Of a DNA stretch of 64,000 nt, positions 27,596-38,338 are shown in pieces (position 1 is the stretch's first letter; each line of letters starts with the position of its first letter). Source of the stretch: an uncultured delta proteobacterium (GTDB lineage: Bacteria > Desulfobacterota > Binatia > Binatales > Binataceae); assembly GCA_963794325.1 (NCBI GenBank), contig CAWCDG010000005.1, positions 1-64,000 of the forward strand. Direction: 5' to 3'. The translations under genes were made by a program, and so were the position numbers. The notes beneath the pieces were generated by a model that saw only the letters and a list, made by a program, of their open reading frames with translations, had not been told where the DNA came from and did no database searches.

Positions 27596-29434
27596 CTACC
27601 AGCGAATGCCCCGCTGACGTTCGTACTCCTGCTCCATTCGCCGATGGCGCGCTGACATAATATCCCGGCGTGAGATGATACCGATGAGCTTGCGATTGTT
27701 ATCGCGATCCACCACCGGTAAGCGTCCCACTCCTTCGCGAACCATCAGTGCATTCGCTTCGCTGAGGGTGTTATCCTCGAAAATAACAGCATGATTCCTG
27801 ATAGTGAGATCGCCGACCAGTTCTGTCGGCTTTCGCGCCGCGTCGAGTAAGTCCAGACGGGTCAGTACGCCAACCAGTTGTCCTTGGTCGTTCAATACCG
27901 GGAACCCCTGATAACTGCTGCCCGGCCAGCCTTGTGTGATGCGGGTCCGCACCTCCGCCAAAGTCAGATGCTCAGCAAGAGAGACCACCTCGCGGCTGGC
28001 GACGTCACGAACCAAGGTCTGCGTGAGAAAGTCGGCAGTATACTCGTTTGGCACAAAGACGCCCCTGCGAACGACCTTCTCCGTCATTAGCGTAGTCTGC
28101 ATCAGCAGACTGGAAACCATGTAGGCCGCCGAAGAGCCACTGAGCAAAGGTAATAGGCCAAGCGGCTGCAAGGTAGTCTCGAAGGCAAAAACTATCGACG
28201 TGAGCAGCGCGCGCGAAGCTCCTGCGAACATGGCCGCCATTCCGACTATCCCGGCGATTCGCAAATCGATCCCAAACTGTGGAAACAACATACTGGCTCC
28301 GCCGCCCAGCGCTGCACCGAGCGCACCGCCCATAACAAAGAGCGGCGCCAGGGTTCCCGCCGACGTTTCGCTTCCGAGCGCTGCCGCCCAGGATACCAAC
28401 TTCAGCACGAAGAGCATGATGAGCGCTTTCTCGGTGAGCGATCCGGAGAAGATTCGGACGATGTTGACGTAGCCGACACCCATAGTCTCGGGAAGAATGT
28501 AACCAACGATGCCAACCACGAGGCCGCCCATAGCAGGCCACCACATCCAGTGGATCGGCAATCGCGCAAATGTATCCGAGACTGCATAAACGGCGCGAGT
28601 CGCACCAACCGAGGCCAATCCGACTATCGCGCCGATCAGGGTGTAGAACGCCAAGGCAACCATCCCTGAACTTTGCAGCTGCTGCATCGGGAACATTGGC
28701 CAAGGGGCCGCAGAGAGTCTTCGCAGCGCAGCAGCCGTCGCGCTCGCAACCGCGACGGGGATAAGAGAGCGCGGGCGAAACTCGAACAGCAACAGCTCGA
28801 CTGCAATCAAGACGCCTGACACAGGGCTTCCAAAAGTCGCGGACATGCCGGCCGCGGCGCCGGCCGAGAGGAGGATCTTTCTCTCCTCAGCCGTAGTCGA
28901 GAGAAACTGCCCGACGAAAGAGCCAAGCGCTCCACCAGTGAGGATGATTGGACCCTCGGCACCAAAGGGACACCCAGTACCTATCGCGATAGCTGTGGAT
29001 ATGGGCTTAAGAACTCCAACTCGCGCGGGGATCCGGCTCTGGTTTCTAAGTACGCTCAGCATCACCTCGGGAATTCCATGCCCGCGTATTGCTTCCGAGC
29101 CATAGCGCGCCATCAAGCCCACCACAACGCCGCCGATGACCGGGACGGCTAACACGAACAGGCCGAGTTGGTTGGCCTCCGGCGAGACAAAACTCGCTGA
29201 CAATCGACCATAGAAGGACAAGTTGGTTATAAGGCCGATCAGCTTGAGCAAACCTATTGCGGCCCCTCCCGCTGCCAGTCCGATCGCTGCCGCCAGAAGA
29301 GTCAGGACGACGACGCGCATATCGAAGGTATTTCTACGGCTGGGAAAGTGCTCAGGTTCGAGAGTGCTATCCTGGGAACTATCGGTGGCGTCTTCCACCG
29401 GAGAGGGAGAATCGGGATCTACTTGCTCAGTCAC
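27596..29434 (-). CDS. ClC chloride channel/antiporter with CBS pair
   Basis: GHGIPE, GCPFGAEGP, GAAAGMSATF; C-terminal CBS domains. Confidence 0.94.
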   Translation of the reverse strand: MTEQVDPDSPSPVEDATDSSQDSTLEPEHFPSRRNTFDMRVVVLTLLAAAIGLAAGGAAIGLLKLIGLITNLSFYGRLSASFVSPEANQLGLFVLAVPVIGGVVVGLMARYGSEAIRGHGIPEVMLSVLRNQSRIPARVGVLKPISTAIAIGTGCPFGAEGPIILTGGALGSFVGQFLSTTAEERKILLSAGAAAGMSATFGSPVSGVLIAVELLLFEFRPRSLIPVAVASATAAALRRLSAAPWPMFPMQQLQSSGMVALAFYTLIGAIVGLASVGATRAVYAVSDTFARLPIHWMWWPAMGGLVVGIVGYILPETMGVGYVNIVRIFSGSLTEKALIMLFVLKLVSWAAALGSETSAGTLAPLFVMGGALGAALGGGASMLFPQFGIDLRIAGIVGMAAMFAGASRALLTSIVFAFETTLQPLGLLPLLSGSSAAYMVSSLLMQTTLMTEKVVRRGVFVPNEYTADFLTQTLVRDVASREVVSLAEHLTLAEVRTRITQGWPGSSYQGFPVLNDQGQLVGVLTRLDLLDAARKPTELVGDLTIRNHAVIFEDNTLSEANALMVREGVGRLPVVDRDNNRKLIGIISRRDIMSARHRRMEQEYERQRGIRW

Positions 29435-29529
29435 GTTCTACTCCATCGACCACCGGCCGCGTCGCGGGGGCTAATTATCGATGCTTTTAGCCTGCACGCT
29501 CAAAGATGCGATCGCCTTCGCTCGAACCG

Positions 29530-30006
29530 CTAGCGTGATCGAGTGCCAACTGGCTTCTTTGGCTTAGGCAAGGTATGGACCACAAGTACCGGGCAGACGG
29601 CATGTTGCACGACCCTCTCCGCGACGCTGCCGATCAGAACGTGCGCCAACCCGGTGCGTCCGTGCGTTGAGATGACGATCAAATTTGCATGGACCTTCTT
29701 TGCGGCTTCGATGATCGCCTGGTACGCGGCGGCACCGAACTCTACCAACGTCCGGCACTTGACGCCTTGCTTGCCCAAGCTCCTGCACATTTCCTCGAGT
29801 TTCTCTTCGGCTGCACGTGCTTGATTTTCGAGGAGCGCTCCCGTATCAGGCACCAACAACGGCGACTCGTAAAACCCACGCTCGACCACCGAGAGTAAAA
29901 TCAGTTCAGCCTCATACGGCCGGCTGAATTCGACAGCCTCGTCCAGTGCTCGCAGAGAAGGTTCGGAAAAGTCGAGCGGCACCAGAATTCTCTCAATCGC
30001 CATCAT
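29530..30006 (-). CDS. Universal stress protein
   Basis: ILVPLDFS...THGRTG...GSVAERVVQHAVCPVLV. Confidence 0.94.
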   Translation of the reverse strand: MMAIERILVPLDFSEPSLRALDEAVEFSRPYEAELILLSVVERGFYESPLLVPDTGALLENQARAAEEKLEEMCRSLGKQGVKCRTLVEFGAAAYQAIIEAAKKVHANLIVISTHGRTGLAHVLIGSVAERVVQHAVCPVLVVHTLPKPKKPVGTRSR

Positions 30007-30247
30007 TTTTGATTTCTCCACGCGTGTTCAGTTGGTATAAACCGGCTGAACTTTTGTTACATCCCTGCTAGAGAGCCGTCGTCGACCGCCAGTGTTCGCT
30101 GTGCTCGACGAGCAGGGCGGCGTGCGGTCGATAGAAATAGCGGCACGCGTGTTTTGCGATTGCGCCCGCTGCCGCGAAAGACCGATACTGCCCCCGTTGC
30201 CGGCGATCCGGGTGATCGCCTGCCTACAGCCTTGATAAGGACCGCAG

Positions 30248-31274
30248 ATGGCGCTTCGGCTCATAGAAGTATTCCTACCCAAAGAACACGGCGCGCGTTT
30301 GCAGGAAAGCCTGAGCAAGGACGGCGTCGTCGCGCACTGGACCGAGCCACTCTCCGAGCAACAGATACTAGTGAGGATTCTGCTCCAAGTCGAAGATACG
30401 GAACCCTTCCTGGATCGCCTCGAGGACAGCCTTGAGGGAACGGATTTCCGGGCCGTGCTGGTTTCAGTGGAAGCTACGATTCCGCGGCTTGAACTGGAGA
30501 AGGAGCAACCGCAGGCGGGGGCTGAGGTCACTGACGCTGAACAAGCTGAGAAAGAGACCCCCAGCCCGCGGATCAGCCGCGAAGAGCTTTACCAGCAGGT
30601 CACCGAGGGCGCTCAGCTTAACCGAACGTTCGTCGTGCTGGTGGCGCTGTCGGCGGTGGTTGCGGCGGTCGGCGTCGCCTACAACAACGTCACGGTAGTA
30701 ATTGGCGCAATGGTTATCGCGCCGCTGCTCGGCCCAAACGTCGCATTGTCGCTGGCGACGGCCCTGGGCGACATAGACCTCGCGAAGTCATCCGCGAAAA
30801 CCAACCTCGTCGGCATTCTAGTGGCGCTGGCCACAGCGATACCGATTGCCTTTCTCGTAAAAGTCGATCCCCAAGTGGCTGAAATCCAGACCCGGCTTCA
30901 TGTGCAGCTCAAGGATGTTGTTCTTGCGCTCGCTTCGGGATCGGCCGGAGTGCTTTCGATCACCACGGGGGCATCGGCCGCCCTGATTGGAGTAATGGTT
31001 GCGGTGGCTCTGCTCCCTCCGCTGGTGACCTTCGGGCTGCTGGTCGGCGCAGGCGATTTTGGCTTGGCCGTGCATGCGCTGCTGTTGTTTCATCACGAAC
31101 GTGATCTGCGTGAACCTGGCGGGCGTCGTGACACTGCTGGCGCAAAATGTGAGGCCGAGAGTCTGGTGGGAGGCGGACCGGGCTAAGAAAGCAATCAAGA
31201 TCGCGATCACGTTCTGGATTATTCTGCTGTGTATGCTGGTAGCAGTGGTCCTGGTTTTGCGAAAGGGAAACTGA
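30248..31274 (+). CDS. TIGR00341/DUF389 membrane protein, frameshift near 31088
   Basis: VVIGAMVIAPLLGP, GVMVAVALLPP; continuation FITNVICVNLAG... lies in a second frame ending at 31274. Confidence 0.85.
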
Positions 31275-31333
31275 GCGGTGGCGCGAGTCCGCGAGTCCGC
31301 GGAAGTCGTGTGTAAGACACACCCTGAGAGCTT

Positions 31334-32605
31334 ATGTACTTCGACATCATCGCGATCCTGATAACCATCACGGCGATTTTCAGTTTTCTGAATGTCCGCT
31401 ACTTTAGTCTGCCTTCCACCATTGGGGTGCTTGCAATCGCGCTGATCTTTTCTGCCTTGGTAATAGTCGCCGGAAAAGCGGGTGTCCCATCGGCGGATAT
31501 TGCGGCCAAAGCCTTCCTGCGACGCATCGATTTCAACAGGATCCTGCTGCACGGACTGCTGGCGTACCTGCTGTTCGCGGGTGGTCTGAATCTCAAGATC
31601 CCGCAGCTCTCCCAACAGGCGGGCGCGATTGCATTACTCGCGACCCTTGGCGTGGCGATCTCAACGGTAGTCGTTGCGGCTGGAACATGGCTCGTGCTTA
31701 GCGTTGCCGGGATGCCGATACCGCCGGTGGCGGCCTTATTGTTCGGAGCACTGATCTCACCGACCGATCCGGTAGCGGTGCTCGCGATTCTAAGAACACT
31801 CACCATGCCTCGAGGCATCGCGGCACAGATTGGTGGCGAATCGCTTTTCAATGACGGCGTCGGCGCCGTCTTCTTCATGGTATTGCTCCAGATCGCAACC
31901 TCCCCGGTGCACATAGGCGCGTTCGAAGCCGCCAAGCTGCTAGCGATGCAGGCCGCGGGAGGAATCGTCTTTGGCTTGGCCGCGGGTCTGCTGACCTATT
32001 GGCTGCTCGCGCAGGTCGACGATTACAAGGTGGAAATCCTTCTGACCCTCGCGCTCGCCAGCGGCGGTTACGCACTGGCGGACTGGATTGGGGTCTCTGC
32101 GCCGATCGCGATCGTGGTAGCGGGATTGATAATCGGCAACGAGGGCCGAGAGAAGGCAATGTCCGACGAGACGCGTTCTCACCTCGACGTTTTCTGGGAG
32201 GTCGTGGATGAGATTCTTAACGCGATCCTGTTTCTCCTGATCGGAGCAGAATTGCTGCTGGTACCGCTCGACGGAGGCTATGGAGTCGCCGCGTTAATTG
32301 CCGTCCCGCTTTCCTTGATCGCTCGGCTGGTCAGCGTTGCGGTCGTGGTTCTGATCCTATCGCCCTTCCGGACCATCGAGCGTGGGACTATCCCGGTGCT
32401 GACCTGGTGCGGACTTCGAGGAGGAATATCGGTAGCCCTCGCACTCTCCGTTCCCTACCTTGATTACCGAAACCCGATCATCGCGATGACTTATGCAGTC
32501 GTTATCTTCTCAATCGTCGTTCAGGGTCTTACGATTCGTCCAGTGATTTTGCGAACCATCCCCTCCATCCCGCTCGCAGAAGAGCCAAAGGCAACGCCCG
32601 ATTGA
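31334..32605 (+). CDS. CPA1 Na+/H+ antiporter (NhaP-like)
   Basis: ISPTDPVAV, GESLFNDG, GLRGGISVALALS, VQGLT. Confidence 0.94.
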   Translation: MYFDIIAILITITAIFSFLNVRYFSLPSTIGVLAIALIFSALVIVAGKAGVPSADIAAKAFLRRIDFNRILLHGLLAYLLFAGGLNLKIPQLSQQAGAIALLATLGVAISTVVVAAGTWLVLSVAGMPIPPVAALLFGALISPTDPVAVLAILRTLTMPRGIAAQIGGESLFNDGVGAVFFMVLLQIATSPVHIGAFEAAKLLAMQAAGGIVFGLAAGLLTYWLLAQVDDYKVEILLTLALASGGYALADWIGVSAPIAIVVAGLIIGNEGREKAMSDETRSHLDVFWEVVDEILNAILFLLIGAELLLVPLDGGYGVAALIAVPLSLIARLVSVAVVVLILSPFRTIERGTIPVLTWCGLRGGISVALALSVPYLDYRNPIIAMTYAVVIFSIVVQGLTIRPVILRTIPSIPLAEEPKATPD

Positions 32606-32700
32606 GCGGCAAATCGCTCCAGACCTCACGAAGGCCCGAAGCGCTGGCGACTCGGCCCCCGGCTGGGCGCATATTCGCCGACGGCAAGTACTATCACTGA

Positions 32701-33519
32701 ATGGAGATCGCCATGAGAATTCGCACAGAGCAGTTGGACGACGGTGAACGGCAACGCATGCTGAGCGAAACGACGCCACCCGATTTCCTGGATTCCTCCG
32801 CCGAATGGCGGCGGATTTTTTCGGAAATCTGGGGAACGTTTCTGCTGGTCGTGGTGGCCGCGGGCGCGGACGTAGTGGCAGCGAAGAGCGGCGGCGCGGT
32901 CACTTTGGGCATGGCAGTGGTGGCGCCCGGCATGATGGTCATGGTCGTTATCTACTTTATGGGCACGGTAAGCTGGGCACATCTCAATCCCGCCGTCACT
33001 CTTGCCTTTGCCGTACGAGGAAATTTTCCCTGGCGTCGCGTGCCCGGCTACTTCCTCGCACAGATTGCGGGAGGCATCGCGGCCGCGATCTTCCTTCGCG
33101 CGATGTTCGGGACGGTTGGCGAACTCGGCGCCACCAAGCCCGGTATGGACGTGAGCGCCCTGCAGGCATTGCTCATGGAAGTACTGCTCACCACAGGATT
33201 GGTGAGTACGATCCTGGGCACCGCATCGGGCGCCCGCAACATCGGAGCCAATGGCGCCATCGCGGTCGGCGGTTATATCGCGCTTGCGGGACTCTGGGCC
33301 GCGCCTATCAGCGGGGCTTCGATGAACCCAGTACGTTCTCTGGCCCCTGATCTGGTTCGCCTGGACTTCGCTGCGGGATGGGTCTATCTCGTCGGTCCGT
33401 TTGCTGGAGCGTTGATCGGGGTCCTGTTCGAATGGATTTTGAAAGGGCCCCCGACTCTTACGGGGACGATCGCGGCACAGGGCGTGCTGGAGAGCGATAA
33501 GGGCGTCAACGCGGGTTGA
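32701..33519 (+). CDS. MIP aquaporin, NIP-like
   Basis: HLNPAVT and PISGASMNPVRS boxes. Confidence 0.92.
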   Translation: MEIAMRIRTEQLDDGERQRMLSETTPPDFLDSSAEWRRIFSEIWGTFLLVVVAAGADVVAAKSGGAVTLGMAVVAPGMMVMVVIYFMGTVSWAHLNPAVTLAFAVRGNFPWRRVPGYFLAQIAGGIAAAIFLRAMFGTVGELGATKPGMDVSALQALLMEVLLTTGLVSTILGTASGARNIGANGAIAVGGYIALAGLWAAPISGASMNPVRSLAPDLVRLDFAAGWVYLVGPFAGALIGVLFEWILKGPPTLTGTIAAQGVLESDKGVNAG

Positions 33520-33613
33520 AGTTTGGGTCTGCCTTTGCCGGGACGATCTACTGGCAAGCAATCCTACTATGGCTAAAGGGCGCAGGGTCCACCCGCACCC
33601 CGCCCAGCCAAAT

Positions 33614-35071
33614 TCAAGTCTTAGCCGGCCTTACAGAGGCGTGCGCGATTCCGCGCAGCATGCCGGCGAATACCAGTTGGTGCAGCGGATAGATCCCGTA
33701 CCAGTATGCGATTCCCGGCAGTCCGACTGGATCGAAGATCGCCGTTTGCCTGATCGTTGAACCGCTCCCTTCGGCTGCGACTTCGAAGTCGAGCCATGCG
33801 CGGCCCGGCAGCCGCATCTCGGCGGCCAGCCGGAGTTGACGCGGGGGATCGAACGTCTCGACGCGCCAGCAATCCACCGCATCGCCAACTTCCAGCGAGT
33901 CCCCGTCGCGTCTACGGCGACGCATCCCGACTCCGCCGACCAACAGGTCGAGGAAACCGCGCACGTGCCATAGCCACTCGCCGTAGTACCAGCCCGTCGC
34001 GCCTCCGATGCGCCTTATCGGCGCGAATGCGCCCTCCGGCGGTGCATCGACGTGCACCAAGCGCGAATCGACGAGGCGGTTGCCGAATCTGACTCCACCC
34101 CAGTCGCGCGGTTCGCCGGCCGCGGAAATTGCGTCGGACCATCGTGTCCCGCGGTAATCGAGATCTTCATTGCGCAGCGCGAGGGCGATCGCTTCACGCA
34201 CTCCTCTTGGCCGGATCGAAAATACTCTGAGCGCGCCATCGTCACGGACCACTGTCGGATGGATCATGCTGTCGATAAGTTTGCGGCCAACCCGCGCGTA
34301 AAGCGGCGTCACCAGCCCAAGCCACAGGCTCGAGAGCCGCGGCGTGAGAACGGGCACGGGAATCATCAAGCGATGCAATCCACGCTGACGCGAGTACTCG
34401 CGCAGGATGTCGCCGTAGGACACGACGTCCGCCCCGCCAATTTCGTAGATTGGATTGCCTTCGACCTCGAGCTTCAGTGCCTCGACCAGGTAATCAACCA
34501 TGTCGTTGATAGCGATCGGCTGCGCCTTCACCGCGACCCATTTCGGCGTGACCATCACCGGCAGACGTTCCGCCAACGCGCGAACCATCTCGAACGAGAG
34601 GCTGCCCGATCCAATGATGATCGATGCGCGGAACTCGATGACCTGGACGCCGGATTCGCGGAGCAGCTCGCCGACCTCGTGGCGGCTTCGCAGATGCGTC
34701 GAGAGTTCGGCACTGCTTTCGCCGAGACCGCCAAGGTAGATGATGCGCCGCAGGCCTGCCGCGCGTGCGGCGGCGGCGAAGTTGCGCGCGCCCTCGCGAT
34801 CTTTCTCTTCGAAAGATCCCGCCGACCCCATCGAATGAACCAGATAGTAGGCGGTCGAAGCGTTACGCAGAGCCGCGTCGAGGCTTGGGGGGTCGAGCAC
34901 GTCGCCGGCCACCGCTTCAGTCTTGGCCGCCAAGTGCGAGCGCAGGTAGTCGGGTCGCCGCGCCAGGCATCGCAACCGAACTCCGCCATTCTCGAGCGCT
35001 TTCAGCAAACGCCCGCCCACGTACCCGGATGCGCCGGTGAGCAGGACGACCGGCCGCTCCGACGTTGTCAT
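33614..35071 (-). CDS. Atypical SDR with DUF2867 domain (YbjT-like)
   Basis: TGASGYVG, AYYLVHSM, IIGSGSLSFE, AEMRLPGRAWL. Confidence 0.9.
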   Translation of the reverse strand: MTTSERPVVLLTGASGYVGGRLLKALENGGVRLRCLARRPDYLRSHLAAKTEAVAGDVLDPPSLDAALRNASTAYYLVHSMGSAGSFEEKDREGARNFAAAARAAGLRRIIYLGGLGESSAELSTHLRSRHEVGELLRESGVQVIEFRASIIIGSGSLSFEMVRALAERLPVMVTPKWVAVKAQPIAINDMVDYLVEALKLEVEGNPIYEIGGADVVSYGDILREYSRQRGLHRLMIPVPVLTPRLSSLWLGLVTPLYARVGRKLIDSMIHPTVVRDDGALRVFSIRPRGVREAIALALRNEDLDYRGTRWSDAISAAGEPRDWGGVRFGNRLVDSRLVHVDAPPEGAFAPIRRIGGATGWYYGEWLWHVRGFLDLLVGGVGMRRRRRDGDSLEVGDAVDCWRVETFDPPRQLRLAAEMRLPGRAWLDFEVAAEGSGSTIRQTAIFDPVGLPGIAYWYGIYPLHQLVFAGMLRGIAHASVRPAKT

Positions 35072-35108
35072 GTACTCGCCGGTCTGCTGGTCATCGCGTC
35101 ATCGCGCA

Positions 35109-36125
35109 TCATACGTGGTTGCGGAGCATCAGCTCCTTTGGATGTGGTTCCAAATAGATCTGGCCGCGCAGGTAGGTGACGTCGAATTCGCGGACGTAGT
35201 GCCGAAACAGGGTGATCGGCACGATCAGAGGCACGAGGCCGCGATGGTAGTCTTCTATAAGCGCGACGAGTTCGGCGCGCGCGGTCGCGTCGAGATGCTC
35301 GCGCAGGTAGCCGAGCATGTGATGCAGCACGTTGGTGTGGCGGGCCGTCGTCGCGAGTTTCTTGAGCGCGTCCATGAACGCCAGCTCGTATTCGTCGCGC
35401 AGCCGGTCGCGCGGAACTCCCTTCGCGTTGGCGACGAATCGTCCGAGTTCGCGGTACGCCTTGGGCGAATGCGCCATCAAGACGAGTTTGTGCACGGTGT
35501 GGAACTGGACCAGGCCGCCAAGCGTCCATCGCGTCGCGAAGAACGATCGGAGCCTCCTATACGCGAAGACCCGCTCGACGAAGTTCTCCCGCAGATGCGC
35601 ATCGTTGAGCCGCCCTTCCTCCTCGATCGGCAAGCTGGGATATCGGCGCATCAGTGCCGATGCGAACAAGCCGGCGCCGTCGCGCGTCGCCATTCCCGAC
35701 GGACCGTAAACGCGTACGCGCTCCATCCCGCAACTCGGCGAATCTTTCTTCAGCACGTAGCCGGAAAGATCGTCGCGCCCAAGTGCGGCGGTCCGACGCT
35801 CCGCGTAAGCGTTCATCTTGTCGGTGTGATCGATCCCGGTTTTATTCCCGACCAATCGAATACCGTCAGCCTCGTTGCCGCCGCGGACCAGCCGGATACT
35901 TTCGCGCGGAGTGCCGAGTCCGATTTCCATTTCGGGGCACACCGGAACGAACTCGACGAAGAGGCCCAGTGTGTCAGTGAGAAAGGCGCTGCGCTTGTGG
36001 CCGCCGTCGAAGCGCACCTGTTCGCCTAGCAGGCATGACGACACGCCGATTCTGATCGGCTCGTCGCTGGCGTATAGGCCCTTCGTGGCGACTGCGGCCG
36101 GCCTAGCGGTTGGGATCGCGCCCAT
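35109..36125 (-). CDS. DUF523 + DUF1722 protein (YbgA-like)
   Basis: IGVSSCLLGEQVRFDGGH, PVCPE, SPSCG, EEEGRL, YLEPHP. Confidence 0.92.
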   Translation of the reverse strand: MGAIPTARPAAVATKGLYASDEPIRIGVSSCLLGEQVRFDGGHKRSAFLTDTLGLFVEFVPVCPEMEIGLGTPRESIRLVRGGNEADGIRLVGNKTGIDHTDKMNAYAERRTAALGRDDLSGYVLKKDSPSCGMERVRVYGPSGMATRDGAGLFASALMRRYPSLPIEEEGRLNDAHLRENFVERVFAYRRLRSFFATRWTLGGLVQFHTVHKLVLMAHSPKAYRELGRFVANAKGVPRDRLRDEYELAFMDALKKLATTARHTNVLHHMLGYLREHLDATARAELVALIEDYHRGLVPLIVPITLFRHYVREFDVTYLRGQIYLEPHPKELMLRNHV

Positions 36126-36143
36126 CGAGTTCGTAACTCGTGC

Positions 36144-36500
36144 TTATCCGACGATCCAGCGCAGCGCCTCGCTGGCGTGGCTCTGATCGTAGGCTCTTGC
36201 CTCCGGATGGACGAAGATCCTGATTGCGCCGATCAGCCAATGCTGCCACTCATGCGCGGTGATGACGGCGATGCGCTCTATCTTCTGTTGGTGGTTTTTT
36301 ACGAAGCCGGCATGTTTTTCAAAAGCCGCGAGATTCTCCCAGCCGTTGAAACCGGAAGCATCGATCAGCAATCTGATTTTGCCATGCTGACTGATGAGAG
36401 AATCGATTTGCGGCGCAATTTGGCGGAAGTCGTCCGCCTTTAATTTATCCGGCACCACGATCTTCAACGCGTTGGGGGAGATAATCTCTGTCTTGATCAT
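36144..36500 (-). CDS. STAS/SEC14 (SpoIIAA-like) domain protein
   Basis: KLKADDF...KIRLLID...FNGWE...RIAVI...ALRWI; AGGAGG RBS. Confidence 0.85.
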   Translation of the reverse strand: MIKTEIISPNALKIVVPDKLKADDFRQIAPQIDSLISQHGKIRLLIDASGFNGWENLAAFEKHAGFVKNHQQKIERIAVITAHEWQHWLIGAIRIFVHPEARAYDQSHASEALRWIVG

Positions 36501-36533
36501 GCAAGACCTCCTTGCTGGTTCACGATCAGTATA

Positions 36534-36670
36534 TCACCAGCGATGCCTCGCTGACGTTCGTACTCTTGCTCCATTCGCCGATGGCGCGCTGATATGACGT
36601 CGCGCCATGAGATAATTCCTATAACCATGCGTTGATCATCGTGGTCCACCACTAACAAGCGCCTAACGCC
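36534..36670 (-). pseudogene. Remnant 3' end of a second ClC-CBS gene
   Basis: Translates GVRRLLVVDHDDQRMVIGIISWRDVISARHRRMEQEYERQRGI, matching the C-terminus of 27596..29434. Confidence 0.85.
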
Positions 36671-36906
36671 CGCGTCGATCTGTCAGTTATTCAGCTTTGC
36701 GAGAGTATCTAATCGACGCAAGGATCCAACAGTCGCTTTACGTTCTACACGGCACCGTGTGCATGGGAAGTTATGTTGGGTCTTTGATAATATGGATAGC
36801 GCAGAGTCGATTCATTGGGATCGGCTTAGGAATCGAGTCCAAATTGATCCAGCGTCAACGAGAAATCGGGAATAGGACTTACGGAGTCGATTGAAAGAGG
36901 AGATTC

Positions 36907-37104
36907 ATGTTGGTTCTCATAATATTGTTGGTTTTGCTACTAGGCGGAGGCGGGTTTTACGGCTACCGCAGCGGCTACTATGGACCGCGGGGAATGGGCC
37001 TGGCGAGCATCCTCCTTGTAGTCCTGCTCATCTGTTTCGTGCTGGGCGGGATGGGAAACGGAATGATGGGCGGTGGGTTCGGACACGGAATGTATTTTCG
37101 ATGA
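36907..37104 (+). CDS. Small Gly-rich two-TM membrane protein (DUF3309-like)
   Basis: GAGGAG RBS; MLVLIILLVLLLGGGGFYG... Confidence 0.75.
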   Translation: MLVLIILLVLLLGGGGFYGYRSGYYGPRGMGLASILLVVLLICFVLGGMGNGMMGGGFGHGMYFR

Positions 37105-37205
37105 TCCTGAGGAACTGTGGTGCGCTGCTATCAGCAGGCGCTGATAACAATATTTGGAATCGAAGCGCAAGATTTTTAATTCGCTGACAAAGGACTAGGT
37201 GTCAA

Positions 37206-37403
37206 ATGACAAGCGCAACAACTGTAAAAGATCCTGTGTGCGGTATGAACATAGAAGCTGCTAACGCCGCCGGACACAGCGAGCACAAAGGGCAGACCTA
37301 CTACTTCTGCGGGGCCAAGTGCAAAGAGAAGTTCGATCATGGTTCGGAGCAATACCTCGGCAAGCCCGCACAAGCTCCGAAGAGCGGTGGATGCTGTAGT
37401 TAA
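37206..37403 (+). CDS. YHS-domain metal-binding protein
   Basis: KDPVCGM...TYYFCGAKCKEKF; C-terminal GGCCS. Confidence 0.9.
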   Translation: MTSATTVKDPVCGMNIEAANAAGHSEHKGQTYYFCGAKCKEKFDHGSEQYLGKPAQAPKSGGCCS

Positions 37404-37478
37404 AGCGAGAATCAGCACGCTGCGCACTTTTCGGATTGTGCCATGACGGCAAGACGGCCGACGATACGGTGTTCACAA

Positions 37479-38338
37479 ATGCTTAGCGGCGTGATGGTTC
37501 TGTGGTTTCTTCTCACCGCAATATCGCTGTTGTTTGTGGCGGTTGATATTCGTTCGACGCCAGCATCCCCGGTCCTCAAGTGGGGATTCATATTACTCAC
37601 CGCATACACCGGCCGGTGGGCGCATTTCTATATGTATTAGGCTGCCGCGAACCGCTACCCGGGTTGCACGAACGCTATGTCGCGACACGGTGGCGGCAGG
37701 TCCTGGGTTCGACCATGCATTGTGTTGCCGGCGATGGCGTGGGAATCCTGACTGGCGCAGTCGTCGCCAGCTTGTTCCATCTAACGAGAAGTACAGATGT
37801 CGCGCTGGAATACGTTTTGGGTTTCGGCTTCGGATGGACCGTCTTCCAGGCGCTGTTCATGCGGGGCATGGCGGGCGGTTCATATGGAGGTGCGCTCGCC
37901 AGTGCCTTCTTTCCGGAGTTGCTATCCATGAACTCCCTCATGGCCGGCATGGTACCTGTGATGACTTTGGCAATGGCCAGTACTCCGGCGAGCCATGATC
38001 CATTAGAGCCGTCATTCTGGTTCATTATGTCAATGGCGCTGCTGGTCGGTTTCATCACCGCATACCCCATGAACTGGTGGTTGGTATCGCGGCACATGAA
38101 GCACGGCATGATGACGGTGCGGCCGCCGAACGAGGCCGCGGAACATGAAGCGCCTAAGAGCATGCGAGATAGTCACCCGCACAACGATCAATCTGGCGGC
38201 CTGCAAGAAAGTAGCAAACCTCCAATGGGCGGTGATGCGAAAGCGGTATCCAAGAGCATGCTCACCTCGATGACAATCCTTTCGTTCGTGATATTTGGAT
38301 TCGGGCTATCGATCGCGCATATCTTTGGCGGCCTTTAA
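37479..38338 (+). CDS. DUF4396 membrane protein, frameshift near 37612
   Basis: STMHCVAGDG, AYPMNWWLV...KHGM; N-terminal part in another frame. Confidence 0.82.

Noticed and set aside
36844-36858. FNR/CRP-like site TTGAT-ccagc-GTCAA
   Set aside because: Spacer is 5 nt rather than 4; single instance, not supportable
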